Assembly: GCA_031411295.1 (NCBI GenBank)
Contig: JANOAV010000035.1
Location: 68,926-132,925, forward strand
Reading direction: 5' to 3'
Length of the DNA stretch: 64,000 bases
From: Verrucomicrobiales bacterium
Lineage (GTDB): Bacteria; Verrucomicrobiota; Verrucomicrobiia; Verrucomicrobiales; V1-33
The notes beneath the pieces are model-generated. The model did no database searches. It was not told where the DNA came from and worked only from the letters and a program-made list of their open reading frames with translations. The first letter of the stretch is position 1; each line of letters begins with the position of its first letter. Positions 9,696-19,368 of the stretch are shown piece after piece. The position numbers and the translations under genes were made by a program.

Positions 9696-10379
9696 ATGGC
9701 CAAGCCAACCCCACTTACCGCTCACACCCGCAAACGTTCCGGCACTGGTGCCCTCAAGCGTCTGCGTAAAGAAGGACTCATCCCCGCCGTCGTTTACGGC
9801 AAAGGCCACCCCGCCAAGATGATCCGCCTGGATCGCAAGGCCGTTCTCGCCCTGCTCTCCCGCAGCGTGAGCGAACAAATTCTCGTCCAACTTGAAATCG
9901 AAGACACCAAGGAAAATCAATTGGCGTTGATCCAGGAAGTGACCCATAACGCGCTGACTGGCGGAATTCTTCACATGGACTTCCATGCAGTGAAGGAAAA
10001 TGAGCCAATGCATGCGCACGTGTCCATCAACCTCGTCGGTGATGCCGCAGGGGTCAAAGCTGGTGGTCTGCTGGAGTTCCTCCTGCATTCCCTCAACGTC
10101 ACCTGTTTGCCGCTGGATCTGCCAGAGACCATCGACCTCGACGTCACCAATCTGGGCCTCGGTGGTGCGCTCCACGTGAGCGATCTGCAATTGCCCTCAG
10201 GGGTGAAGGCGGAAGTTGACGGTCACGTCGTCGTTGCCATCATCGCTGAACTCAAGGGCAACCAAGAGCCTGCCCCAGCCGCCGATGCCGCCCCTGCGGC
10301 CAAGAAAGGTGCCGCCAAGAAAGCCGCCGCTGCTCCTGCTGCTGCCGCCCCAGCCGCCAAAAAGGCCGCCAAGAAATAG
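9696..10379 (+). CDS. rplY: 50S ribosomal protein L25 / general stress protein Ctc, with an Ala/Lys-rich C-terminal tail
   Basis: N-terminus MAKPTPLTAHTRKRSGTGALKRLRKEGLIPAVVYGKG is typical of L25/Ctc. The tail reads PAAKKGAAKKAAAAPAAAAPAAKKAAKK. Confidence 0.9.
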   Translation: MAKPTPLTAHTRKRSGTGALKRLRKEGLIPAVVYGKGHPAKMIRLDRKAVLALLSRSVSEQILVQLEIEDTKENQLALIQEVTHNALTGGILHMDFHAVKENEPMHAHVSINLVGDAAGVKAGGLLEFLLHSLNVTCLPLDLPETIDLDVTNLGLGGALHVSDLQLPSGVKAEVDGHVVVAIIAELKGNQEPAPAADAAPAAKKGAAKKAAAAPAAAAPAAKKAAKK

Positions 10380-10408
10380 TTCTCACTCGCAGAACCGTTA
10401 TTTACCAA

Positions 10409-10438
10409 CCGCCGCACGGGCCACCGTGCGGCGGTTTT
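10409..10438 (+). terminator. Rho-independent terminator after rplY
   Basis: 11-bp GC-rich stem CCGCCGCACGG / CCGTGCGGCGG with a 4-nt loop, followed by TTTT. Confidence 0.8.
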
Positions 10439-10605
10439 GCTTTGGCGAATATTCAGTAGCGTAAAGGGATCGCTTCCAGCAATGGAACGAAGGTGGTAGG
10501 AGCCCGTGGAACGGAAGGAGTATTGCGGGAAACCCACAGCAGATGGAGGATGCCTAACACTCGGAACACCGGTGTTTCCAGGTTCCATCCTAACTCCTAA
10601 TCATC

Positions 10606-12471
10606 ATGCACCACCTTGTTAAACTCCTCTGCGCCACCCTCCTGGGTTCCACCCCTTGCCTCGCGTCCACCCTGCGCGTGTGGATTGAATCCGCGCCCTC
10701 ACCCGCCGGTCCGTGGACCACGGTGGAGATTGATAAAGCGGCCGTCAACGCGGCCGGACAACTTGTCCTCCCCAAGCCGACCGCAGGGGCCGGATTCTTC
10801 CGCACCGCCATTGATCTGGATCCGCTCGGAGCTCCCGGAACCATCATTCCACTATCCGAAATTCCTGCTAACGTGCGGGCGATTGCGGAACAGCATCTGT
10901 TGGACTGCACCAGTATCACAGACCCCCGCGGCAATCTTCTCCCGAGCCCCTGGGAGGGGGCCGTCATGGCGGAAGCCCGCCCGGTCTATGACGTCGGCAT
11001 TGACGGAGGCGCCCTCCCAGCATTTATGGAGCTGAAGATCGTGCGACCGGTGGTGGGCGGTGCCGCCACGCCAGTCCCGCCCCAGCAGGATGCTGGTTTT
11101 ATGCTGGTATCGTTGACGACTGGGGAGAAACCCGTGGTGTGCTTCTCGCAGGATGGACGCACGCCATCCGAGGATCTGGAATTTGCGGCGGGGCGGCGGG
11201 CGACCAAAGTGTTCCGCTATGGTCCTGCCTATTTGGCGGCTGAAGATGCCAGTGGAAATCTAATCCAAGGCCTCGGCTCCTTGCCGCTGCGGTTGGAATT
11301 GGGCAATCTACCCACGGCGGACACGAGTTTCGGTTTCGCGGCCGCCGGCAGCGACGTGGCGTTTAATCCCCAGCCCGATCCTCCCGGTTTGCCGGTCGCG
11401 ACTCCTTTCGCAAGCTACGCGGAACTTAAAACATGGTGGCAGACCAACCCGCTGCAAATCCAGTTGCGGAAACGCCGGGCAGCCTTCGCGCAACTGCGCT
11501 GGGATTTGGACGCCGGCCGCATGCCCGCTGTGATCAACTTACATATTGGTGAGACCCGAGCGTTGGTGGACGCGACCGAGCATATCGTTAGTTACCGGGT
11601 GGATGCGGACACGGAGGCCGAAGGTTTCGTGCGCGTGGTTACCGGAAATGGTGCTGGAGGCGCGGCGGTAACTGGCATGAGTATCGGTTCAGCTCCGATT
11701 TATTTAATTGATGATCACGATCAGGTGAAACCATTCGTCATCGTCGTCGGAGCGGCTCCGGCGTTGGCGAGGAAACCAAACAACAGTCCGCTGGTGCCCC
11801 TGAATTTCAAACCCGGCTGGCAGCCCATTCAAGAATGGAGCGCGCTGAACTACAGTGCCCAGCCCAGGTGGAAACAATTCCAGCTCTCGAAGTATTGCGC
11901 CATCGGGAGCGGCTATGTCGGTTGCGGCCCCGTCGCATGGACCATGCTCCTGGGTTGGTTCGAGCACCAAGGCGTGCCCGCCGCTCTGGGCAATCCACTC
12001 AATGTGGATAGCGTTTTGCAGCAGAACACGGTCGTCGTCAATGATACGGCGGATAGCCTGCACACTTTATGCGATACCCATTGTGTGCCCTTCACTGGCG
12101 AGGGCGCTACCTTTCCCTGGGACATGGACGGCGGCTTGACTCTGGTCGATACCATCAAACAACAGGGCTTCGTCAACTGGAGCGCCAACTTCCAGTGGGA
12201 AACGTCTCCAGACAGCTACAACCCATCAGCCAAGACAGGCGTCAATGCGCTCAAAGCCGGCCGCCCTGCCCTGTTAGGCCTCTGGGGTATGATGCATTAT
12301 GCGGTGGCTTACAGCTACTGGGAACAACTCTTTCAGATTACGCCCGGAGGCCCTTCCTTCAAGAGCATGCGCTGGTTCAGTTGCAACATGGGGGGCGGCT
12401 CCAAGGGAGGCGCACTCTACCCAGCGGATGACATTTTCTATGGTCTAAACTTGAATCTCACCAAGCAGTAA
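10606..12471 (+). CDS. Secreted protein with a C-terminal papain-fold (C39-like/C10-like) cysteine-peptidase-like domain
   Basis: Signal peptide MHHLVKLLCATLLGSTPCLAS. Candidate nucleophile in YVGCGPVAWTMLLGWF (Cys codon 11923..11925) and candidate His in GMMHYAVAYSYW (12295..12297), in Cys-then-His order. Confidence 0.6.
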   Translation: MHHLVKLLCATLLGSTPCLASTLRVWIESAPSPAGPWTTVEIDKAAVNAAGQLVLPKPTAGAGFFRTAIDLDPLGAPGTIIPLSEIPANVRAIAEQHLLDCTSITDPRGNLLPSPWEGAVMAEARPVYDVGIDGGALPAFMELKIVRPVVGGAATPVPPQQDAGFMLVSLTTGEKPVVCFSQDGRTPSEDLEFAAGRRATKVFRYGPAYLAAEDASGNLIQGLGSLPLRLELGNLPTADTSFGFAAAGSDVAFNPQPDPPGLPVATPFASYAELKTWWQTNPLQIQLRKRRAAFAQLRWDLDAGRMPAVINLHIGETRALVDATEHIVSYRVDADTEAEGFVRVVTGNGAGGAAVTGMSIGSAPIYLIDDHDQVKPFVIVVGAAPALARKPNNSPLVPLNFKPGWQPIQEWSALNYSAQPRWKQFQLSKYCAIGSGYVGCGPVAWTMLLGWFEHQGVPAALGNPLNVDSVLQQNTVVVNDTADSLHTLCDTHCVPFTGEGATFPWDMDGGLTLVDTIKQQGFVNWSANFQWETSPDSYNPSAKTGVNALKAGRPALLGLWGMMHYAVAYSYWEQLFQITPGGPSFKSMRWFSCNMGGGSKGGALYPADDIFYGLNLNLTKQ

Positions 12472-12509
12472 TCGCCCCCAGCCTCCCTTGCCATGGTCCA
12501 GCCCTGCAA

Positions 12510-13142
12510 CTACTTCGCCAGCAGTTCCAGCGCCCGGACCGTGGCACTGGTGCGGCCTTCGACCCCGAGCTTCTCGAAGATGTGGTTCGTATGTTTCTTT
12601 ACTGTGCCCAGGCTGATACCGCAAATGCTGGCAATGTCTCCGTTACTTTTCCCCTGCGCCATCCAGAGCAGGATCTCCGCCTCCCGCGGAGAGATTCCCA
12701 GTTGCTCCAAGGGTCGGGCGTCATCGAAGCAAGGCACAAACGAGCGCTGTTGGGCATGACGCTGCAGGCGACTGCGCACCGCCTCCAACAGATCCACGCG
12801 TGCTACCGGCTTGGCCAGGTAATCATCCGCTCCCAATGCCATTCCCAATCGCAAGTCTGGCATCTCCCCTTTTGCGGTCAAAAATATAAACGGCACGGCC
12901 GCCATGGCGCTGTCTGCGCGCACTTGCTCCAGCACTTGGTAGCCATCCAGCCCCGGCATCATAATGTCGCACAAAATCAAATCCGGCTGCATGACCCGCA
13001 GCTGTGCCAAGCCTTCCAGGCCGTTCGCAGCACAGCACACGCGGAATCCTTCCAGATCCAGGATTTGTTCCAGGTTGCGACGCAGGCTCGCGTTGTCTTC
13101 AATAAGCAAAATTGTCGTCATGGCTTGAAACGGAGAAATCAT
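12510..13142 (-). CDS. Response regulator, NarL/FixJ (REC + LuxR-type HTH) family
   Basis: REC domain (ILLIEDN, DLILCDIMMPGLDG, LTAKG) plus a C-terminal LuxR HTH (SPREAEILLWMAQGKSNGDIASICGISLGTVKKH). Its ATG overlaps the stop of the upstream kinase (ATGA at 13139..13142). Confidence 0.9.
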   Translation of the reverse strand: MISPFQAMTTILLIEDNASLRRNLEQILDLEGFRVCCAANGLEGLAQLRVMQPDLILCDIMMPGLDGYQVLEQVRADSAMAAVPFIFLTAKGEMPDLRLGMALGADDYLAKPVARVDLLEAVRSRLQRHAQQRSFVPCFDDARPLEQLGISPREAEILLWMAQGKSNGDIASICGISLGTVKKHTNHIFEKLGVEGRTSATVRALELLAK

Positions 13143-14674
13143 GAAATTGCAGGCAGCACCAGGACCGCCGTCGTCCCCTTCCCTTCCGCACTCTCGAAAC
13201 TCAGCGTGCCTCCATGCAAGCGGGCGCAGCGTTGCGCAATCGCCAACCCGAGCCCGGATCCCGGCACCTCACCAACATTTCCGCAGCGATGAAACGGCAC
13301 TCCCAGTCGGCTCAACTCCGCTTGGGGAATCCCGATCCCATGATCGCTCACGGTAAATTTAATGGTGTTTGGTGCTAATTCGACCGCCAGGTTCACTGGT
13401 TCTCCTGGAGCGGAATATTTGACCGCGTTGGCGAGCACATTATCCAGCATGCTCTGCAGCAATCCCGCATCCAAGCTTCGTTCCACCGCGGGCGCATCCA
13501 CGTTGATCGGGTTCCGCTGGTTGCTTGCAGAACTCACTTGGCGTGCCATCCCCTGACAGAATTCTGCCAGATTAATCGGCTTCGGTTCGCACGCCAGACG
13601 GCTCGAATCAATTTTTCCCAGCAACAACACCCGCTCAATCATCTCCGTCATATGATGCGTGTTGTGCTTGATCTCCTCCAGCAACTCGCTGCGGCGTTTC
13701 GGTGTGAGTTGCTCCGCATAGGTCTCCAACAATTCTGCGGCCGATAAAATGATCCCCAAGGGCGTGCGAAACTCGTGCGAGACGCTCTGCGTAAAGAATC
13801 GTTGCTGCCGCAACACCTCGCGTTCCGCCGTTAACGCCGCATCCGCCTGCGCTGCCCGGCTGGCCAACATCGCCAGGCCCAGCAACGGCAACGCGCTCAA
13901 CCCTGCGGCAATAAACGCCAACCACGGCGTGGGCGGTCCCACATGCCTGCTGAAATTTGGTCCGCGGGAAATGCTGACCGCCCACTCCAGTCGATCCTCC
14001 GCGACCTGCCAACGTTGTGCCCCATTTGCGGCTAGTTCGTTCTCCGCCAACGGAACCGCCGTCAGCACCTGCTTCCGCACCAACTCCACCGCCTCATCCT
14101 GACAAATCGCGTCCAAATCGACCCACCCCACGATGTAACCCCGAATCGGATTCCCCGTCGTCGTGAGGAATACCGGAGCCAAGATCAGCCATTGGTGTCG
14201 ATCCAGCAATACCGCATGACTGGCCAATCGCTGCTCCGCCGGGATCGTATCCAGCAACTTGGCCACCCTGAGGTCATCGCGTAGATTGCTGCCCAGCTCA
14301 CGCCCCGCCGAGCGCCCCTCGCTTTTCCACCGCAGAAGCAATTGCTGCGCCACCACCTCCGCATACCCCAAGGCTGCCAGCGGCCGCACCTGCTTCTGCC
14401 ATCCCGGAATGGCTGAAGCTAGTTGCCCCCGAGCCAACGCCGCCTCGTTCAGATTCCGGGCTTGCGTGCCCAGAACCTCGAGCAGGTAGTCACAACGCCC
14501 GGTGCTTTGCCGCAACTGCTGCACCAGCACCTCACTCGTCGTTTCGAAGAGCCGCGCCTCTTTCTCCCTGGCCTCATGATACGAAACCCAGGCCACCCAA
14601 ACCGGCACCGCCGCAAAGACGAGTGCCAGCAGGGCCAGCCATCGAGGTTGCTTGATCCAGCGAAATATTTTCAT
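13139..14674 (-). CDS. Sensor histidine kinase (two TM segments, extracytoplasmic sensor, HisKA + HATPase_c)
   Basis: H-box SHEFRTPLGIILSAAELL, N/G boxes (NAVKYS, DHGIGIP, GSGLGLAI). Translationally coupled to the response regulator. Confidence 0.9.
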   Translation of the reverse strand: MKIFRWIKQPRWLALLALVFAAVPVWVAWVSYHEAREKEARLFETTSEVLVQQLRQSTGRCDYLLEVLGTQARNLNEAALARGQLASAIPGWQKQVRPLAALGYAEVVAQQLLLRWKSEGRSAGRELGSNLRDDLRVAKLLDTIPAEQRLASHAVLLDRHQWLILAPVFLTTTGNPIRGYIVGWVDLDAICQDEAVELVRKQVLTAVPLAENELAANGAQRWQVAEDRLEWAVSISRGPNFSRHVGPPTPWLAFIAAGLSALPLLGLAMLASRAAQADAALTAEREVLRQQRFFTQSVSHEFRTPLGIILSAAELLETYAEQLTPKRRSELLEEIKHNTHHMTEMIERVLLLGKIDSSRLACEPKPINLAEFCQGMARQVSSASNQRNPINVDAPAVERSLDAGLLQSMLDNVLANAVKYSAPGEPVNLAVELAPNTIKFTVSDHGIGIPQAELSRLGVPFHRCGNVGEVPGSGLGLAIAQRCARLHGGTLSFESAEGKGTTAVLVLPAIS

Positions 14675-14747
14675 TGGGACACCCTACACGCTATTTCCCC
14701 GCAAAGCCAATACCACCAAGGGAGTATCCATTTTCACCCGGAGGCAA

Positions 14748-15854
14748 CTACGGCCCAATCTCATCCCACGCCTCATCCAGAATCAATTCCCGGTAAGAAA
14801 TGGCTTGGTGGGCGGCACAGATGGCCGCTCCGAAAATGGTTAGCTCATCGGCCACCCGGGAAACGTGAGCCGCAGGACGGGCCAAGCCTAGCAACAGTTG
14901 GCCGTAGCACTCGGCTCCGCTGATGTGCTGCAGGATTTTGAAAGCAATGTGGCTGGAATTGAGATCTGGGAAGACCAGGACATTGGCCCGCCCCGCCACC
15001 AGGCTTTGGGGAGATTTGCGCTCTGCTGCGGCCGGCACGATGGCGGCATCTAGTTGCAACTCACCATCCACATCCATCGCCACCTGTCGTTGACTCGCAC
15101 GCAGCCGCGCCATTTGCGTGGCTGCTTGCATCTTGTCGGTGGTTAAATTTCGCGCAGAGCCCTTGGTGGAGAAACTGAGCATGGCCACGCGGGGACGATC
15201 ATGCAGCAGCGGGCCAGCCACTTTCGATGTTTCCACCGCAATGTCCGCCAACTGCCCCACCGTGGGTGTGGGGATCACCGCACAATCTGCCAGAAACAAC
15301 ACGCCCCCATTTCCCAGATCCGCTCGGTGCGGCAGGCGCACCGCCATGCAACTGGTGACACTATCCAAATGGGGCTGGCGTTTGATGAGATGAAACAACG
15401 CTCGGAAGAATGCGGCGGGAATCACTTTATTACCGCCCACGACCGCATCCGCTGCGCCATATTGCACCATCATGGCTGCGAAGTAGTGCGGCAGCGCCAT
15501 CGTTTCCTCTGGAGCGCGAATGATCCGTCGGCGCAACCGCTCGGTGCGACGATACCGTTCGCAATAAGCTTGGAAATCACTGCTGTCCTCCGGCTGCACC
15601 ACGCCGATAAATTCCATGCTGACGCCCAGACCCGCCGCAGTGCGTTCAATTTCCCGTCGATTCCCAATCAGAATGGGGGACACACACTCCAGTCGCACTA
15701 ACTCCTGTGCCACCCGCAGGATGCGCGGATCATTGCCTTCCGGGAAGACCACCCGCTTGGGGTGCTTGCTCAGGCCGGCCACGAGTGGCTGCAGGAAGGA
15801 ATTGGTGGAATCGAAACGAAACGGTCGCTCGTGAGCGGGGGAGGTGGAATTCAT
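14748..15854 (-). CDS. pta: Phosphate acetyltransferase (PTA_PTB family)
   Basis: KRVVFPEGNDPRILRVAQEL, ADAVVGG, and SFSTKGSA..VDGELQLDAA are typical of phosphotransacetylase. Confidence 0.8.
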   Translation of the reverse strand: MNSTSPAHERPFRFDSTNSFLQPLVAGLSKHPKRVVFPEGNDPRILRVAQELVRLECVSPILIGNRREIERTAAGLGVSMEFIGVVQPEDSSDFQAYCERYRRTERLRRRIIRAPEETMALPHYFAAMMVQYGAADAVVGGNKVIPAAFFRALFHLIKRQPHLDSVTSCMAVRLPHRADLGNGGVLFLADCAVIPTPTVGQLADIAVETSKVAGPLLHDRPRVAMLSFSTKGSARNLTTDKMQAATQMARLRASQRQVAMDVDGELQLDAAIVPAAAERKSPQSLVAGRANVLVFPDLNSSHIAFKILQHISGAECYGQLLLGLARPAAHVSRVADELTIFGAAICAAHQAISYRELILDEAWDEIGP

Positions 15855-16003
15855 GGAGATCGAAGGAACGCCGTAGCAATCGGTCCGGATGCGCGCTTTG
15901 ACAAACTGAAATTACACCCGCTTGAATCCGAGCACGTGCGTGATTGCAGCAACACCCAGATGAGCATTGAATCCATGTATGCGGCATCTTTCTGCTTCAA
16001 CTC

Positions 16004-18736
16004 GTGCCATCCCGGAACTATGACGCAGCCATGTTGCGTCATCCGATTCTCTTCATCGCTGCCTTTGGTATCCTCACCTTCCTGATGTCCCGCCTGCGCA
16101 CTCCCCAGGTGCTTTTGGAAACCGAACCCGACTTCGCCCGCACACTGGCGTTGGTGGGGCCGGATCCTGAGACTGGTCAGGCTCGGGTGATCACACCGGA
16201 CAATCATTTGCTCACACCAGCTGGGCAACAAATCTCGCTGCCTGGGATGCGTCCCCAAGCCCTGGCACTGAGCCCGAATGGGAAAATCCTCGTGGCGGCG
16301 GGCAAGATCTCCGGCATCACCCTCATCAACCCGGCCACAGGCGAAGTTAAAGGCCGCGTTGAGTTGCCAGGAGACTCTGAGGAAGCACCGAACCCTGTTT
16401 CCGGAAACATCCTCAAGCCGGATCGCAGTGGTCAGTTGAGTTTCACCGGGCTGATTTTTTCCGCCACTGGCGAACGACTCTATCTCTCCAACGTCAATGG
16501 CAGCATCAAAGAGTTTTCCGTTAGTGAAGCAGGTGAAATCAAGCCGCTGCGCAATCTCCCGCTGCCGCCAGCGAACGCTCCCAACCGCAAGAACGAGATC
16601 CCTTCCGGGCTGACGCTTTCAGCGGATAATCGCAAACTCTACATCGCCCTGAACCTCAGTAACCGCGTGGCGGAAATGGACGTGGCGTCCGGCACCGTCC
16701 TGCGAACATGGGACTGCGGGGTGGCTCCTTATGATGTGAAGGTGCTGGGGAATAAATTATACGTTAGCAATTGGGGCGGTCGTCGCCCGGATGGATCCAG
16801 CCCCGAAGCCCATGCCGGACGCGGGATGACGGTGCGGGTGGAGGCCAGAACCCAGGTCGCCAGCGAGGGATCGCTTTCCGTGATTGATCTCGTCGGCAAC
16901 CAACCGCCCAAGGAGTTGGTCACTGGTCGGCATGCCAGCGGACTAGCCGTTTCGCCCGATGGAAAGTTCCTCTGCGTGGCGTGTGCCACCAGTGATTATG
17001 TGGAGGTGTTGGATGTGGCTAGTGAGACCTGGCGAGGGCACTTCTTTCCCAAGCAAACCCCCGCCGACCTCTTCGGAGCCGGGCCGAACGCGCTGACGTT
17101 TGATCCCGCCGGGAAGCACTTATATGTCTGCAATGGCACCCAAAACGCCATGGCAGTGCTGGAGTGGGAAGACGGCACGGCTGAATTTCAAGGCTTGCTG
17201 CCGACTGGTTGGTATCCCGGTGCGGTCGTGGTGGATGCGGCTAGGCAACAACTCTGTGTTGGCAACGTGAAAGGTATCGGCCCTGAGCCGGCGAAGAACA
17301 GGGGCTTCAACACCCACCAATATTTCGGCACCGTGAGTCTGATTCCGCTGCCCCAGGATAAGTCTGCGCTAGCCGCCCACACTAAGACCGTGACCGTGAA
17401 TAATCGGGTTCCGTTGCTGCCCCTGGCCATGGCCCCGCCTCGTCCGAGCGCACTGCCCCGCCCCCTCCCCAGCCGCGTGGGAGAGCCCAGTGTCTTCAAG
17501 CATGTGCTCTATATCATTAAGGAAAATCGCACTTACGACCAAGTCCTGGGCGACCTGAAAGAAGGCAACGGAGATCCCAAACTCTGCATCTTTGGCGAGC
17601 AAATCACGCCGAACCAACATCAGTTCTGTCGGGATTTCGTTTTGCTAGACAACACCTACTGTTCCGGCATCCTCAGTGCCGACGGGCACAACTGGTCCTG
17701 TAGCGCCTTCACCACGGACTATATGGAGAAACAATTTGCCGGCTTCCCCCGGAGCTATCCGGACGGCTCGGAAGCGGCCAACGCCGACGCCTTGGCGTGG
17801 TCCCCCGGCGGCTTTATTTGGGATCATGCTCTGGCGAAGGGCCTGCCGATTCGGATCTACGGTGAGTTCGCCACGGTGCGGCGGGCCTGGAAAGACCCCG
17901 AGCGACCTGGCAAGCCATTGTTTCCAGAGATCTGGCAGGACTGGTTGACCCATCATGGTGGGGCAGATAGTGAAGTTTCTCTGGGCGCTAAGGCCAACAT
18001 CTCCACCGTGCAGCCGCACCTGAATGAGGATTTTGCCGCCTTTGATAACGACATCCCTGACGTCATCCGCGCCCAAGTGTTTCTCAAGGAGTTGGCGCAG
18101 TGGGAAACCACCGGGAAGATGCCCGCCCTCAGCATCATGAGTCTCGGCGGAGACCACACCAGCGGCACCAAGCCCGGCAAGCCCACCCCGCGCGCCCAAG
18201 TGGCAGACAACGATCTGGCGTTCGGTCAAATGGTGGAAGCCCTCAGCAAGAGTCGCTTCTGGAAAGACACCTGCATCATCGCCATTGAAGATGATCCACA
18301 GAACGGATGGGATCACGTCAGCGGCTATCGCACCACGGCCTACGTCCTCAGCGCCTGGTCCCGCGGGCGCGGCACGGTTTCCACGCAATACAATCAGACC
18401 AGCGTGCTGCGCACTATCGAACTCATGCTAGGGTTGCCTCCCATGAACGAACTGGACGCCACCGCCACCCCCATGTTCGATTGCTTTGGCGACGAACCGG
18501 ACTTCACCCCATACATCGCCCAGAAGCCTCGCTGGCCGCTGGATGACATGAATCCCACCCCTGCCAAAATCACCGATGCCACCTTGCGCAAGGATGCCGA
18601 GGTCTCAGCTACGCTGCCATTTGAGGAAATGGACCAATGCCCGGAGGACATCCTCAACGAGATCCTCTGGCGTGCCGTCAAAGGCCCGCAAGTGCCCTTC
18701 CCCCATTGGGCCGTAGCCTTGCAGGAGGAGGATTAG
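16004..18736 (+). CDS. Bifunctional YncE-like beta-propeller / phosphoesterase (PlcC/AcpA-type alkaline phosphatase superfamily) protein
   Basis: The N-terminal half has YVTN/lactonase-like repeats (LYLSNVNGSI, LYVSNWGG, LYVCNGTQNAM). The C-terminal half starts with FKHVLYIIKENRTYDQVLGDL, typical of the phosphoesterase family. Confidence 0.8.
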   Translation: MPSRNYDAAMLRHPILFIAAFGILTFLMSRLRTPQVLLETEPDFARTLALVGPDPETGQARVITPDNHLLTPAGQQISLPGMRPQALALSPNGKILVAAGKISGITLINPATGEVKGRVELPGDSEEAPNPVSGNILKPDRSGQLSFTGLIFSATGERLYLSNVNGSIKEFSVSEAGEIKPLRNLPLPPANAPNRKNEIPSGLTLSADNRKLYIALNLSNRVAEMDVASGTVLRTWDCGVAPYDVKVLGNKLYVSNWGGRRPDGSSPEAHAGRGMTVRVEARTQVASEGSLSVIDLVGNQPPKELVTGRHASGLAVSPDGKFLCVACATSDYVEVLDVASETWRGHFFPKQTPADLFGAGPNALTFDPAGKHLYVCNGTQNAMAVLEWEDGTAEFQGLLPTGWYPGAVVVDAARQQLCVGNVKGIGPEPAKNRGFNTHQYFGTVSLIPLPQDKSALAAHTKTVTVNNRVPLLPLAMAPPRPSALPRPLPSRVGEPSVFKHVLYIIKENRTYDQVLGDLKEGNGDPKLCIFGEQITPNQHQFCRDFVLLDNTYCSGILSADGHNWSCSAFTTDYMEKQFAGFPRSYPDGSEAANADALAWSPGGFIWDHALAKGLPIRIYGEFATVRRAWKDPERPGKPLFPEIWQDWLTHHGGADSEVSLGAKANISTVQPHLNEDFAAFDNDIPDVIRAQVFLKELAQWETTGKMPALSIMSLGGDHTSGTKPGKPTPRAQVADNDLAFGQMVEALSKSRFWKDTCIIAIEDDPQNGWDHVSGYRTTAYVLSAWSRGRGTVSTQYNQTSVLRTIELMLGLPPMNELDATATPMFDCFGDEPDFTPYIAQKPRWPLDDMNPTPAKITDATLRKDAEVSATLPFEEMDQCPEDILNEILWRAVKGPQVPFPHWAVALQEED

Positions 18737-18927
18737 CCCCACTGCTAAATCGCTTGCTTGGATGCGCAGGTCGCCCAAAGCTGGCTGCGTAACGACCTGC
18801 CAAAATAATACTTCATTCCATTCGTCTCCTGGCATGGATTCACCGTGGTGGACAGCGGTTGCACGGTGCCAATCAACACCGAGTTGCGCAGCCGCAGCAG
18901 ATGGGGCGAGGGAAATCGTGCTGGTCA

Positions 18928-18983
18928 TCACGCGGAGCGATGATGACTACTTTCTGGATAGTAGCCGTCATCGCTCCGCGTGA
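18928..18983. other. Perfect 16-bp inverted repeat (long hairpin) in the 630-bp gap upstream of acs
   Basis: TCACGCGGAGCGATGA (18928..18943) pairs with TCATCGCTCCGCGTGA (18968..18983) across a 24-nt spacer. There is no T-tract on either side. Confidence 0.5.
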
Positions 18984-19368
18984 CGGCAGTCGTTGGCAGG
19001 CGTAAGCGAGTTCGAAGCACGCCCGACTAGCGCGGCCTGGCAGGCCAACTTGCGGGGCCATTTGTCTGGCAGTGGCGCGAGCGGGGGGGGGTGATTCAGG
19101 GCTTGGATGGGGCAGGCAAGGCGGCCCACCCAAAAGCGAGGCAGCGCATCAGCCGCAGCCGGCGCGTGGGATTAGGAGTCGTCTTGATCTTCATGTGGCA
19201 ATTGGTTTGGGATTAGCTTGCCCTACGCACCTCAAAATTTCCCCGCTTTCTACGTTGCCAGTCTGCGGGTGGTTGGTTAATCTCCGCGCCCGGAGGTGCG
19301 CCTTGAAGTGCGTTCACGGTTTGTTTTCCTCCTGTTTGAATTTCCGATAAACCCTAGTCCATCTTGCC

